This document shows positions 12,310 to 24,999 of a DNA stretch of 64,000 nt, one piece after another (position 1 is the first letter of the stretch; the number at the start of each line of letters is the position of its first letter). The notes beneath the pieces were generated by a model, which ran no database searches, was not told where the DNA came from, and saw only the letters and a list, made by a program, of their open reading frames with translations. Location: positions 295,244,001 through 295,308,000 of the forward strand of contig OZ024743.1 in NCBI GenBank assembly GCA_964016885.1. Direction: 5' to 3'. A program made the position numbers and the translations under genes. This stretch comes from Eledone cirrhosa. Lineage: Eukaryota.

Positions 12310-12354
<45 letters not shown>

Positions 12355-12360
<6 letters not shown>

Positions 12361-12611
12361 TATGTATACGTACATACATATATGTATACAGACGTACAGT
12401 AGTATGTATATATATACATACATGCACACATATATATATCTACGTATATAAATGCTCGGTTTGTTTGTAAACAAACATTCTGAATTAAACCGTACAGTGT
12501 TTAGCAACCATCAAAAGGGCAACGATGGTTGCTAAACACTGTACGGATTAATTCGGGATGTTTGTTTACAAACAAACCGAGCATTATAATAAATGATCGG
12601 TAAATCCATAC

Positions 12612-12658
<47 letters not shown>

Positions 12659-12785
12659 CATGTATGTATATATATGCATACTACTGTACGTCTGTATACA
12701 TATATGTATGTATGTATACATACTTATATTTAAGTAACAGACGTACTAAGAGTGAGAAATGAAATTTCGTTTCATTTTTCGTTTC
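12355..12785. mobile_element. Fold-back element, family B (arms about 12355-12512 and 12524-12729) with HHR-like remnant at the centre
   Basis: AATGCTCGGTTTGTTTGTAAACAAAC...GTTTGTTTACAAACAAACCGAGCATT; centre GGCAAC-GATG-GTTGCT-AAACACTGTACGG; second, collapsed copy at 24770-24975. Confidence 0.7.
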
Positions 12786-13448
12786 ATTTTTTCCATATAT
12801 ATATATATATATATATATTTATACATATATACATATATATAAATATATTTATACATATATACACATATATACACATATTCATATATGTGTGTATATGTGT
12901 GCCTGTATATGTGTGTATATATATAAAGAGCGAGAGGGACAAAGACAGACAGAGAGATAGATGGAGAGAGGCAGGGAGAGAGAGAGAGATAGAGAGAGAG
13001 GGTGGAGAAATGTAAGAATGGAAACAGCATAGAAATATATTTAAAGAATCTCTTTTTTCTTTTTTAATCCGACAAAGTGTTAGTTTTAAGAAAGGGGCAA
13101 AAAAAGGATTTCATAAAATATATACATATGCATAAATATATACATGTATGTATATATTTATATATGTGTGTTCGTGTGGGAATATAACATGACTCCGTTT
13201 TCACCGTTATGTAATTCGATTTTCGTTAAACGGATTTTTCTTGAATAAGCGTCTACGCACAATATTTTGTTTATTCTGCAGAATATAAAAAAATGGAAGA
13301 GGAAATGAACTAGCTCGATAACGAAGTTATCACCTAGAATAATATAAATGTAAAGAGATACTCAAAGTAACATGGAAATCAGGAGTTGTAATGAGAACTG
13401 TAATAAGGTATATATGGGAAGAGAATGAAAAACATTACCATTGTAAGG

Positions 13449-16400
13449 ATTTATTTCTTTATTTGCCACAAGGGCGCACAAGAAAAGGGGACAAGACAAA
13501 GCCATATGCCGGGGATTTTACATACAGTCGTGTAAAAATATTGAGACAAACAATTATAACAATCGAAATTCCCAATAGGGGGGAGGCGTCACAAATGTGT
13601 TGTTTAATACCCCGTCGATAGAACAACCCTCAACTTCAGGAACGTGTTGTGCAAGTGCTCCCTTCTTCCTTTGGCTCTCTTCTTTAACCTACAGGCTTAT
13701 AAACAGAGAAGGCACAATCACTCGGGCCATTTTCGCTTCATTCACCCACCTTTCAGTAAATTTACTGGGGTGCAGTGCCTCTCTCTCCACTCGGATTCTC
13801 TTTCTAAAGTGATACTTAAAGAAGGGAATCAATTGTTGTCTGGAGAGAAAGGCATCTGTCCTCACTCCTCTCAATCTCGTCCACCATATAACCTCTTTCA
13901 CCATAGCCACCGTACAGAGGAAAACCGCCTCTCTTTCGTTTTTGAAAGAGGCTGGCGGTTTGATCCTTACTATGGACTCGGCAGTCAACTGGATTTAGCC
14001 CATACGCGACAGCAGTTGTTCTGCATAGTTCCCGGGGTCGCTTAGGTCCGGGCAGTGTACAATTGCGTGCAAGACGGTTTCAATGTCCTGCTCGCATCTT
14101 GGACACGTCCTCTTGGAACCATCCCTGCCGGGGCATCCGTGCCTGTAGATCTTGTCTCGAACGGGTAGTACTGCCAGGGACTTCTGGAAGTTGTCCATAG
14201 GTCCCGGGCGGAAAGTCCTACCGAACAGACTGGTGAGCCCGTCGTCTTCGACGCCTAGAGTCTGCCCGAGCACGTCGTCGCACTTGTAAATTACTAACCC
14301 TCTATAGAATGTGGAATCGAGTCTCCACTGATTGCTGTGCCCTCTTGACAGAGGACTGTGAGCGCCTGGGCGCATTCAATGTGCTAGGCGCCCATCTTCT
14401 TCGGTCTTCGTTTGACCCAGGACTGCAGTTCCGTCAACGAGATAAGTTGTGGGAAGGGCTGTCTCACAAACGTTGCCCACACCGGTTGGTCGGTGAGGAA
14501 TACCTGGAGATGCCGTAGTCTCAACGCATCTTTGAACATTATTAGCCACAGCATGCCCAACCCTCCGTTGGAAGGGTATTGACAGCAGACGGATCTCCTC
14601 ACCAGTGGAGACTGCTTCTTCCACAGGAACTGGAAGAGCATGCGTTCCATCTTGGTGAGGTATTCACGGGGACAAGTCACGACAGTCAAGCGGTAGTAGA
14701 TGACGGACGCTATGAAAGTGTTTGCCACCTCAAATCGACCTTTCAAAGACAGTTTGCACTCTGCCCACTTCTACGCGAGAGCAAATACCTTGGCCATGAC
14801 CTAGTTCCAGTTTTTCTCCACCTTGAGGTCTGGACCGAACAAGACCCCGAGCAATTTCACCGGTCCTTCCGTCCAGCGTCCGACGACGCGGTCGGACGGC
14901 ATCAGTTTGCCTCTCCACGATCCGAGTTGGAAACCGACAGACTTGTCAATTTCAGTTTTGCTCCTGTGAACCTTTCGTATTCCTGTAGTAGGTTGCCGAT
15001 TGCTACGATTTCCGAGGTTTTCGACACCATTACCGTCACGTCGTCGGCATAAGCCGAGGCCGCTTTTCGCAGTCTTGGTTCTAAAAAGCTCCACCTCCGC
15101 AGTAGTGGCTCTAGAGTCAATACGTACAGAATGGAGGAGAGAGGGCATCCCTGTCGAATGGAACGCGTGATAGGTAGCCGTTCGAATGGAATGTCTCCGA
15201 TAGGTAGCCGTTCACCTTGACTGCTGAGCAGATGCTGGTGTGCATCGCCTTGATCCAGCCTCTGAAACCGGGACTGAAACCGGCCGCCTTGAGAACCGCT
15301 TCCAAGTATCGATAGTCGACCCTATCGAATGCCTTAGACTGATCAGAGCCCCACCGAAGCCGGGTTTACACCCCACCCTCTCTATGATGTATCGCATGAG
15401 ATGGAGTTTGTCGTGTATGGAACTGGTCGGGATTGCACACGTTTGCGCTTTCCCTACCAGGTTTTCGACGACATGGCCAGCCTCATTGCTAGCACCTTGG
15501 CCAAAATCTTTAACTCTGTGTTGAGCAGGTTTATGGGCCTGAAATTGTTTATTTCGTCCTCCTTGTTCTCGTCTTTCCTGATCAGCGTTACTACGCCCTT
15601 TCCTGTAGAACTGGGAATTGTCCCGTTCTGCTGCCAATTGCAGTTGACGGCTTCGAGGACGCCAGAGAATAAGTCCGGCATGCCTATGTAAAACTCATAG
15701 AGTAGACTATCTAGACCGGGTGATTTGGGTTTCCCGCAGCGGCCCAGAGCGTCCCGTATCTCAGTCGCTGTGATCGGTCTTTCGCAGAACACGGCGTCCT
15801 TGCTCGAGAGACGCGCCAGGCCGTCGAGGTATGAACCAAAGTCCATTGCCTCGTTCCGTGCACCGTCGTTCTGCTCAAACAGTCGCGCCATGTGCCGCTG
15901 AAAGGCCACGCACATCTGCATGGGGTCAAGTAGCACGCGTCCGTTTTGGTCTTTCAAAGACCGAATCGTGGACTTGTTGCCACTTTTCGCTTCCGCCACT
16001 CGGGCCCAGCTAACAGCTTTTGCTCCCTCGTTTCCTAGAGCACGTGATTTACTTCTGACCACGCAGCCTTCGTGTTTCGCGTCGAAGAACTGGTCCAGTG
16101 CCGTTCTCGATGGTAACACTCTAGATGCGTTTCGACACCTAAGTGCCTCTTCGACCTTGGCTATAAGTTCTGTTTCTGATTTGTTTTTCTCTAAAGCTAA
16201 TTCTCTGCTAAGCCCTATCGATTCTACTCTAATTGCTCTTTTGAGAGAGTACCACCATCTATTGTTGACGATGGCTCCCGTCAAATATTGCTTAACTAAT
16301 CTACTTATCCGTTCACTGTAGGCTTTTCGTGCCGGCAACGACACGTTCAGCTTCCAGTATCCAGGTCCTTGTCTATGTATTCTATCAGGTTTGACTACGC

Positions 16401-17856
16401 AGACGACTAGTTTGTGATCTGAATAGGTAACCATGTGCATTTGTGGACAGATTAAGATCTTCTTGTCCTTCTCTCTAATGAAAACCCTATCTAGATACGA
16501 TCTAGAGTTCCTGCTACGGTTTGCCCACGTCCACTGTGGTGCAGTCGGGAAATCTAGTCGATATCTATTGTCCAGTTGGAATTGGTCGATTAGATTTTTT
16601 AGGCTGTTGCATGTCCCGCTCTACTGGGACATACTCCCACATAGTCCCATCGTGTATCTAGGATACCATTCCAGTCCCCCACTAAAAGCAAGGAGAGAGA
16701 CGTTCCCAGAAAAGACTCTAGACGCTTATAGAAGTCTGGCCGCGATTGTGATTGCCCGGTCGGGGCATAAACAGCCACTAGACTAAAGGCGCCGTCTCCA
16801 ATACTGTTCACGTCTAGGACTGCCAGTCTACCCTCCGGGTCCAAGTGTACTTGCTGTACTTCGAGATCCATGTTTTTTCCGAAACAAGACAGTCACTCCC
16901 CCTCCACCTCCCGGCTGACAGAGAGATGGGTAGATCTCAAAGTCATTGAAGATGGGGGTTAGGTGCTACCTGTTGTGGGCCCTGGACTTGGTGATGCTAT
17001 TACTTCTATACCGTGTGACCTAAGGTCGTTTAAAAATTGGTCCTGTTTCCAGTGCATCCCTAGGCCACGCACATTCACGTTGATGGAGAAGAGTTGGCGA
17101 AAAGGACGAAAAGGTGCACTCACCTTTTCGTTTTCTGGAGATCGGGTTGTTCAATCTCCATTTGAGTTCTGGTGGGGGTGTTTAGTGGGGTGGGGAACAT
17201 TTAAACACGACACGGTTTATTGGTTTTTGGCAGGGGTTGCCAACGTCCTGTGAAAACTGTTCTTTCAATTTCTGATAGGTTTTTATCGAAACCCTTATTA
17301 GATTTAGGTGTGGTTGAGAGTCTGCTTTGACAAAAGTTTTCCCTTCAGTTTCCACTTTGGGGTGCTGTGAGATGACCTCCATCAAATTTTTGTTGTTGGT
17401 GTTGATGAATGCAATATTATATTTGTTTTGGTTGTGTTGTTTACGTTGTTGTTCGTCTGTGAGTTTTCTTTTTTGTGTTTGGGGTGGTGTTGGTGTTTGT
17501 TTTGTTGGTAGGGGGAGGTTTGGTTGTGGTGTTGTTTGTGTTGTTGTTTGTGTTTGTGGTTGTGTGTTGGTGTTGGTGATTGGAGTTTTGGTGATTTTGT
17601 GGTGTCTCTTTTTTTGTTTTTTTTGATTTCCGAGGCAATTCTTCTTCACTTAAAGAAGGAGAAGCAGCCTCATCTGTTGCTGAATAATCATCATCAGGAG
17701 TGTGGGGTAGGGGTATGTTGTGTGGTGATGGTGTTTTTGGTGTGTCTGTTTGTGGTAGTATTGGATTGAGCGGGTGGGTGGGGATGTGTTCTTCAGGGGT
17801 GCTGTCTTGTTTGTGGTTGAGTGGTTGCTTGTTTGGGTGTGTTTGCTGGCTTTGTG

Positions 17857-17889
<33 letters not shown>

Positions 17890-18609
17890 GTTGGTGGTGG
17901 TGGTGGTGGTGGTGATTGTTTTGTTGTTGGTGTTGGTAAAAGTACTTTTTTTTAAATTTGTTTGCACAGGGCAGGGGGCTTTTAGGTGTGATGTGCTTGC
18001 ACATTGAAAACAATGTGGCTCTCAGCCATCAGTTACAATGTTAATGTTGTTTTGGTTGTCGACCAGCACTCTTTTGGGGATTTTGGAAATTCTTTCTGGT
18101 TTCATTTGTATCAGAATTTCCAAATTTGTCCCTGCCCACCTTTGTCTGGTCGACTTCCTCACCGAAAGAATTGTGTCACTTTCCGGCTCTATGAACCCTG
18201 CTAAGATCCACCAAATGTTGATGTTTGGAGGAGGGATTCCTTTTTCCTTTCATTCCGATTTCCGCTAATTATTTGATTTGTTTGCTGGCTGGTCAACCCA
18301 TTGCTTAACAGGCTTGCTGGTTTGTCGATGCTTTCTCACTTTTGTTGTTGTCACCATCCCTGCTACTGCTGCTGTTGTAGTTGTCGGCAGAGGCAGCCTT
18401 GATGTTTCTTTGCGTAGGATTGGTGGTGACATTATAGTTTTCGTCCTTTGTTCTTTGGATATTTTTTGAAATAATGAGATATGTTTTGCACGTGCGACCT
18501 ATTTTTGCACAATTCTGAGAAAGTAGAGGATGAGTCGGCTCTATTTTTGTTTTAATTTTTTAGACGTAATGCGTTTGAAGTGTTATGGCCTCCCCTATTC
18601 TAAGAGCAA
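13449..18609 (-). mobile_element. Full-length but frameshifted Tx1/L1-clade LINE (ORF1 about 18480-17150; ORF2 APE-RT-zinc finger about 17100-13690)
   Basis: INVNVRGL, VAVYAP, GDWNGILD, SDHKLV, GPGYWKLN, KSPGLD, NFRPINLLNTELKILAK, AYADDVT, CPRCEQDIETVLHAIVHC; 3' AATAAAGAAATAAAT; candidate TSD TGTAAGG at 13442-13448 and 18610-18616. Confidence 0.92.
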
Positions 18610-18734
18610 TGTAAGGCACCCTATTTATAGTTTATATGCAGAATGTTAACAAGGATCGTTATGCACGCGAGTGAAAATCAACAAAACGTACGGAACAAAA
18701 GTATGCGTGTTGATTGCTTGAAAAATAAATAATA

Positions 18735-18940
18735 ATAATGGTTTCTGAAAGAAATTTGAAGTGGAGGGAAAAGTCGATTAAATCGAACCCAGTGCATTAC
18801 TGGTACTTTATTTTATCGACCCTGTAAGTATCAAAGGCAAAGATATCCTCGCTGGGATTAGAACTCAAATTGTAAAGGGACATAACACTATGCTGCAAAG
18901 GATAGTGTCTGACGCTCTACTGATACTGTCCATACCCCCC
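18735..18940 (-). mobile_element. OK/Nin-type SINE (long subtype)
   Basis: Revcomp of the SINE at 3202 plus GTCGATTAAATCGAACCC segment. Confidence 0.8.
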
Positions 18941-18974
18941 TCCTCCCTAAAACAAATAATAATAATAATAATAA

Positions 18975-19184
18975 TAATGGTTTCTTATATAGACACAAGG
19001 CCAGCAATTTTGGGGAAGGGGAAAGTCGATTAAATCGAACCCAGTGCGTGACTGGTACTTTATTTTATTGACCCCATTACGCTAACCTCGGTGGGATTTG
19101 AACTCAGAAATGTAAAGGACCGTTACTCATTGCCGCTAAGTATGATGCCCGACGCTCTACCACTACTGCCAGTCCACCGCCCTC
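18975..19184 (-). mobile_element. OK/Nin-type SINE (long subtype), adjacent to the previous copy
   Basis: CAAGGCCAGCAATTTTGGGGAAGGGG...GGGATTTGAACTCAGAA...CTGCCAGTCCACCGCCCTC. Confidence 0.85.
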
Positions 19185-20334
19185 AACAATACTACTAATA
19201 ACAAAACCTTATAAGTAGCCCTCAAACATGGTGCGTCTAATTTCTTTTCAAATGTTTAAGGCTTCCAACATGTATTCATTTTGACAATTCGAGGAATGTC
19301 ACAAGTCGTGACATCAACAAAACACTGACTTGTCTGACGAATATAAATTCCTGTACGATAACAATTGCTATTGGAAGCCGAGGCGGAAAGGTGACTATGC
19401 CAATATTGGTACAGTCGAAAAGGAATAAATACAAGAGGTTCTATAATGTTTTTTTATTATTACAGACTTATTTTAGGGAAACTCACTTTCCCCAAGATCT
19501 GAGATTCGATAATGAAGACATCTCGCCTTGACGGTTGAGAGTTGAGTTTATAATCATAATGTTAGGGGATTGATTTCCAGAGGGTTAGATATATTTTTTC
19601 CTAGCTGTTCCAGTTTATTCAGGTGTAAATGTGCAGGTGTAAATGTTTATTCAGGTGTAACATCAGCTGGAAGTAACCATTGTGATTCACTTGTTACACG
19701 TCAGGCAGGGGTAAATGTATTCTCGATTGCATAAAACTAATGAAGCCTGGGTAAGCTGTTCGCTTCTTTTATCCACACAAGTATGGGGAAATGAACGTTA
19801 AAAAATCAGCCTAACACAAACATAACATCAATAAGAAGACGTTGACCTTGTAAGCGTTATGCCTCTCTCCCCATCCAATAAAAAGGTAAGTCTTCGATAA
19901 CATATATAATGTGGTTCATTCCAAAAAATATTCACATTTTGCTTTGTCCTTGTAATTATAATATTTTCAGCACGTTTGAAATACGCTAGAAAATTATTCA
20001 AAGATTATTATATTATTAGGATAAAGATTTATTCTTCGAGGGATTATTTACTCTTGCTCGGGTCCAGCATGGATATAATTAGACCAACGAAAATAGGAAA
20101 GAACACGCTCATTATCACGCAATATGTAAATATCCGAACTTCTTATTTATTTGCTTAATGTTTTTTTGTTTTTGTTTATTTGATAGTTTACTTACGAACT
20201 GTCCGAAAGGTCATTTGATGATTATGGTAATAACGTACGAAGTTTAAAATTTCCACATTCGTTTGATTTTTCGGTAAAATCATCATAGAATTTTCAGGTG
20301 TTGATCCTGTAAACGGCCTATTAGAAACTGTTAC

Positions 20335-21020
20335 AGGTGAAATGCCCTCTCACTCAAGGTTGCTTTCCTGTATCTAAAAGAAGAACACCCGACGGCGAGA
20401 GACAGATCTGGACCCTACGTAGCTTCGAGGCTCAAGCGCAATGTCGTCACTTTCCACGACCTTTCACCCGCGAACCTCTCGGCACTCTCGTACTGCCCAC
20501 CAGTGACAACACACCGCCACCAATCCACCCACGACAGCACGAAACGTCTCCGGGATAGAGTCAACCTCACATTAATTGAAGGCGATGTACCGTCGGCTGT
20601 CAGTGTGCTGGCTTCAAACGACGCTGTGATCCGGCGCGTTGTTCAGTTTGGTGCCCTCCTCATCAACTCGTACCCTTCTTGAAGATGAGTGCACTCGCAT
20701 CAGAGGAGCCAAATGCCTTGTATGTGACCCACATACATGCCACTGCGGGGAGGTTGTTCATAGGTTCGGCCTGTACTCTCTGTCATGCTAACAGACCGCA
20801 GGGCGGCTCCCCTGACACGCCCTTCTCAACGGCGCATTGAGAAAAAACCTGTATGCAGCTGGCCTTCCATCTCAACTAGAGCAAGCTGGCCTTCCATCTC
20901 AACTGGAGCCAGCAGGCATAGACCGCGGAGATGGCAAGCGCCCCGACGGAATCACCCTCTTCCCATTCGAAGGAGGTAGATCTGGGACTACGCCAGCTAC
21001 CAGACGTTCTCCGCCTTTTC
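20335..21020 (+). mobile_element. Internally deleted CRE-like RLE non-LTR retrotransposon relic
   Basis: EGDVPSAVSVLASND and AAGLPSQLEPAGIDRGDGKRPDGITLFPFEGGR then WDY; small tandem duplication GCTGGCCTTCCATCTCAACT. Confidence 0.75.
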
Positions 21021-21399
21021 ATACATATACATATATACAATACACACACACACACACATATATATCATAATGATAATATAACATATGATCATGTGACGAC
21101 CACTATGTGCTAGGTTAGATTTCACACACAATTTGGCTTCTATAAAAATAGTTCTCTTTCATTAGTATTAAATCATTCCCCATGATTTCATACAGAGGAA
21201 AGAGTTCTAGTTATGTAGATGTCAGACTTATAAAGATGCCTATCCTCTACCTATTGAGTATCTTTTGTAACTGTGGAGATAACCAAAAAGAGTTAAAATT
21301 GCCAATTAATTATATATTTAAGCTCAATATGTCTATGTCATTATGGATAGAAATCTAAACAAGATGTTATTTAAGGAAGGAAGGAAAGGATGACATATA

Positions 21400-21657
21400 A
21401 TAACACGGATTATACAATAAATCAAACAATAGAATAGATTTCTTAAAACATTTAATACCTTACATATGTTTCAAAACAAACAATTTAACTATTATTTATA
21501 GTAACTATATAGTAAAAGGCATCTTCAGATCCGCATAAGGTGAAACATTTGTTCTCGGTATGGTGAAATAACAGTTGTGGTACTACTTCTACCAAACTCG
21601 TCCCATGGACTGAGTTCTTTACTACTACGGATATAACCCTCTAGTGTTCTACTATTA
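21400..21657. mobile_element. Two abutting, oppositely oriented pLTR-like remnants with HHR-like cores
   Basis: Minus: CTGAAGA-TGCC...GAAA-CATATG-TA-AGG (21530-21457); plus: GGT-GAAA-CATTTG-TT (21539-21553); ends in (TA)n. Confidence 0.4.
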
Positions 21658-21719
21658 TATATATATATCAGTAAAAACAAAAAACAAAAACAATATCGAA
21701 GAGTGCAGTACAAAGAGTG

Positions 21720-24025
21720 TTGGTATTAGGGTCACGCTTGAGATTGGGGGGTGGGGGACGACATTTCGGGCATAAGCCCTTAATCAGGAGAAAAGTGGGA
21801 AGGAAAAGAGTTCCGAGGGTGTGAGAGGGAGTGGTGGAAATACATTAGGGGGGGGGGGGTTAAAGGGAAGGAAACAAATTAAAATGAGAGTAAGAAAATG
21901 AAAATGAAAACAAGTGGTGAAAGGGTGTGAGGCGTGTAGATGGTGGTGGTGGTGGATGGAGGGAGAGATGGGAGAAGGAAACAAGGGTTCCAAGCGGGGA
22001 GTGGTGTGTGTGTATGTGTGGAGGTGTGCATGTGTGTGTGTATGTGTAGATGTGAGTGTGAGAGTTTCGGGAAGAACTAGGTTCCATGTTCGGGTAATAG
22101 GAAAACCAGTGTATACATGGGGTGGGGTGTAAGTCAGTGTGGAGAGGTGTTGGAGGCGATGGGGTAGAGGAGGCGTGCGGCCTCAGGATGCCGAGTATGT
22201 GCATGTGAGGATATGCACGCGTGTGTGTGTGTGTGTGTTTGTGTGGTGTAGATACGTGGGAATGTATGATTGCGTGTGTGCGAAAATAATGTAAGTGTTT
22301 GTTTTGTGTGCGTGTGTTCCTGAATGTTTTCCTGCTGAGTGTATGGACAGATGGTGAAAAAATCCGAGTATAAAAAAGGTGGATGTCTGGTGCGTGTGAC
22401 CAGCGGTGTAGGATCCGTGGATTGGTGTGGAGGAAGTAGAAAGTTGTGGGGCGCGCGCGCGACAGGAAGTGGTCAAGAAGGTCAAGGCAGGTGGCAGAGA
22501 AGGCAGGGCGAACGATGCGAGAGAGAGAGGAGATAGCTGTTAGGAGGATGACAGACAGGTGAGTGGTAAAGGGCAGGGATGGTCTGTATGTGTGTGCGGA
22601 AGTGCGGTGGACAGAAGAGGAGGTGCGTTAGTGTGAAAGGTTGAGGGAGAGGGTGGTGGTGGTGTATGGGAGGAGGAGGAGGAGGTGTGTGGGGGGGGGG
22701 GGTAAATTGTGGTGTTAGTATGTTGTGGGTGGGTGTTGGTAATGCGTGGGAAGAGAGAGAACGTGTTGGGTACTGTGAGTGTGAGTGTAATATACTGGTG
22801 TGTGTGTGTGTGCGTGTTTGGGTATTAGTGTGTCTGTATTTGGTAGTGGTGGAGAGGTTGAATACGGGTGTATGGTGGTGGTTAGTGATGGTAGTGCGGG
22901 TGTGGAGTAGGCTGTGTATCGGTGTGTACGTGGGTGTGAGTGAGTGTATGTATGCTGGTGTGTGTTCGTGTGCGTGTGGTGAGGGGGAAGATGGGTTGGG
23001 CGTATTTAGTATTATTAATGGGGGGTCGGATGTGGATCTCTGTGTGTGTGAGGGAGGGGGGTAGTGGTGGTAGTAGGGTGTGTCAATAGTGTGAGTGAGT
23101 GTATATATGTACTAGTGTGTGTGTGCGGGTTGATGATGTGGGTGAGCATGTGATAGGGGTTGGGATGGGGTTATGGTTAGTATTATTAGTTTTGGGGTAG
23201 AATAAGGGGTTGGGGTTGATAGAAGTGGACGGGACCCTGAATCTTAGGAGTGTTTTAGTGGTGTTAGTAGGTGGTATGTAAAGGAGAGGGGAGGAGAGGG
23301 CACGAGTGAGGGTGGTGGGGACGAGAGAGGGGGTAACCTCTCCGGATGAAATGGCTGACCAGTGACATGGCCTGAGTTTCGAAGTCAGCATCTCGTCTGC
23401 AAATGCGGCGGATCCGGAGGAACTGGGAGTAGGGAATGGAGTGTTTGGTGTATAGGGGGGTGGGACGAGATGAATTCGAGGTAGGAGTGGGAGTCGGTGG
23501 GTTTGAAGAAAGCGGAGGTGACGAGGGAGCGGTGGGAGGGGTCGATGGCGACGGAGATGTGCAAGAAGTGGACGTGGGTGGTAGAGATAGAGGTGGGGAA
23601 GTGGAGGGAGGGCTGGAGGGAGGGGTGGAAGGAGAAGAAGAGGGAGAGAAAAGAGTTGAGCTGTTCTCGGATGAGGGTCGTAGCTCCGATGCAGTCGTCG
23701 ATGTACCGACCGTACAGTTTGGGTGTGGGGCCGGTGTATTGGACAAAGATTAAGGCCTCAACATGGCCAACGAAAAGGTTGGCATAGTTGGAGCCCATTC
23801 TTTTGCCCATGGCTACCCCAGTGACCTGCTGGTGAAATTCATCCGAGAAGGAGAAGCAGTTAAGGGTGATCACCAGCTCGGCGAGGCCGATGAGGACGTG
23901 TAGGGGCGAAGGTCGAGGTAGTGCCGGAGGGCTCGTAGGCCGTCGGCGTAGGGGATGACAGTGTAAAGGGACTTAATATCTAGGGTGAAGAGGAAGGGTG
24001 TGGGCCGGGTGGGAAGGTGAGGGCG
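21720..24025 (-). mobile_element. Penelope-like element (RT plus degenerate C-terminus), 5'-truncated
   Basis: FTLDIKSLYTVIP, QQVTGVAMGKRMGSNYANLF, YGRYIDD, FKPTDSHSYL, SIPYSQFLRIRRIC, terminal ILGILRPH; 3' pLTR with HHR. Confidence 0.88.
21755..21790 (-). ncRNA. Degenerate hammerhead ribozyme in the 3' pLTR of the PLE
   Basis: Minus CTC-CTGATTA-A-GGGC-TTAT-GCCC-GAAA-TGTC; G8 mutated to T. Confidence 0.65.
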
Positions 24026-24029
24026 CTTG

Positions 24030-24330
24030 TCGTTCTAGCTCCTCACCCGCGGTAACGCCATATGCGTGCTGGCAGCCTAAAAGATGATTAGAGAGGTTTC
24101 CCAGTGCTCCTCTCGATATCATTACCTTTTGCTCTGGTAGCTGCTCGTTTTTCCACCCATTCCGTCTGCCTTTTGTTGTACGTGGTCCTCAATATGCGTG
24201 CTACCTACGTCTGTGTTTTTCTCATTCTTTTTTTCCATTCCCTTTTCTATATTTGTTTGTTTTGTTTGTTTTCGTTCTGTAAGTAATATTTTATAATATT
24301 TTTTATACAACTGTTAATAAACCTGTAACA
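24030..24330 (+). mobile_element. Probable LINE 3'-UTR fragment
   Basis: CCTTTTGCTCTGGTAGCTGCTC resembles minus-strand CCCTTGGCTCTTGGTAGAAGCAC at 34839-34861; T-rich tail and AATAAA. Confidence 0.4.
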
Positions 24331-24669
24331 AGAAATGAGTTAAACTATGTAGTTAAGAATAAATAAATATAAACTTACTCTTCATTTTACCCCCCTTCCC
24401 ATTTCCAAATGTATCGAACGCTGCTGTTATGCTGTGTGTGACTGCATGTGTGTGTTTGCGTAAATGTGTGTGTGTGTGTATTTGTATGAATGAATGTCTG
24501 TGAGTGGGTATTTTTGTGTGTCTGTGTTTGCACAATTATAGTTATATACTCATACATATAAATGTGTTTATATTCACATACATACACACATACACTTACG
24601 CGACAGCTGGTTGAAAAAGTCCTAATCTCTTCATCTTTCTCGCTCTCTCTCTCTTTCTTTCTCTCTCCT

Positions 24670-24975
<306 letters not shown>

Positions 24976-24999
24976 ACATATATATATATATATATATAT

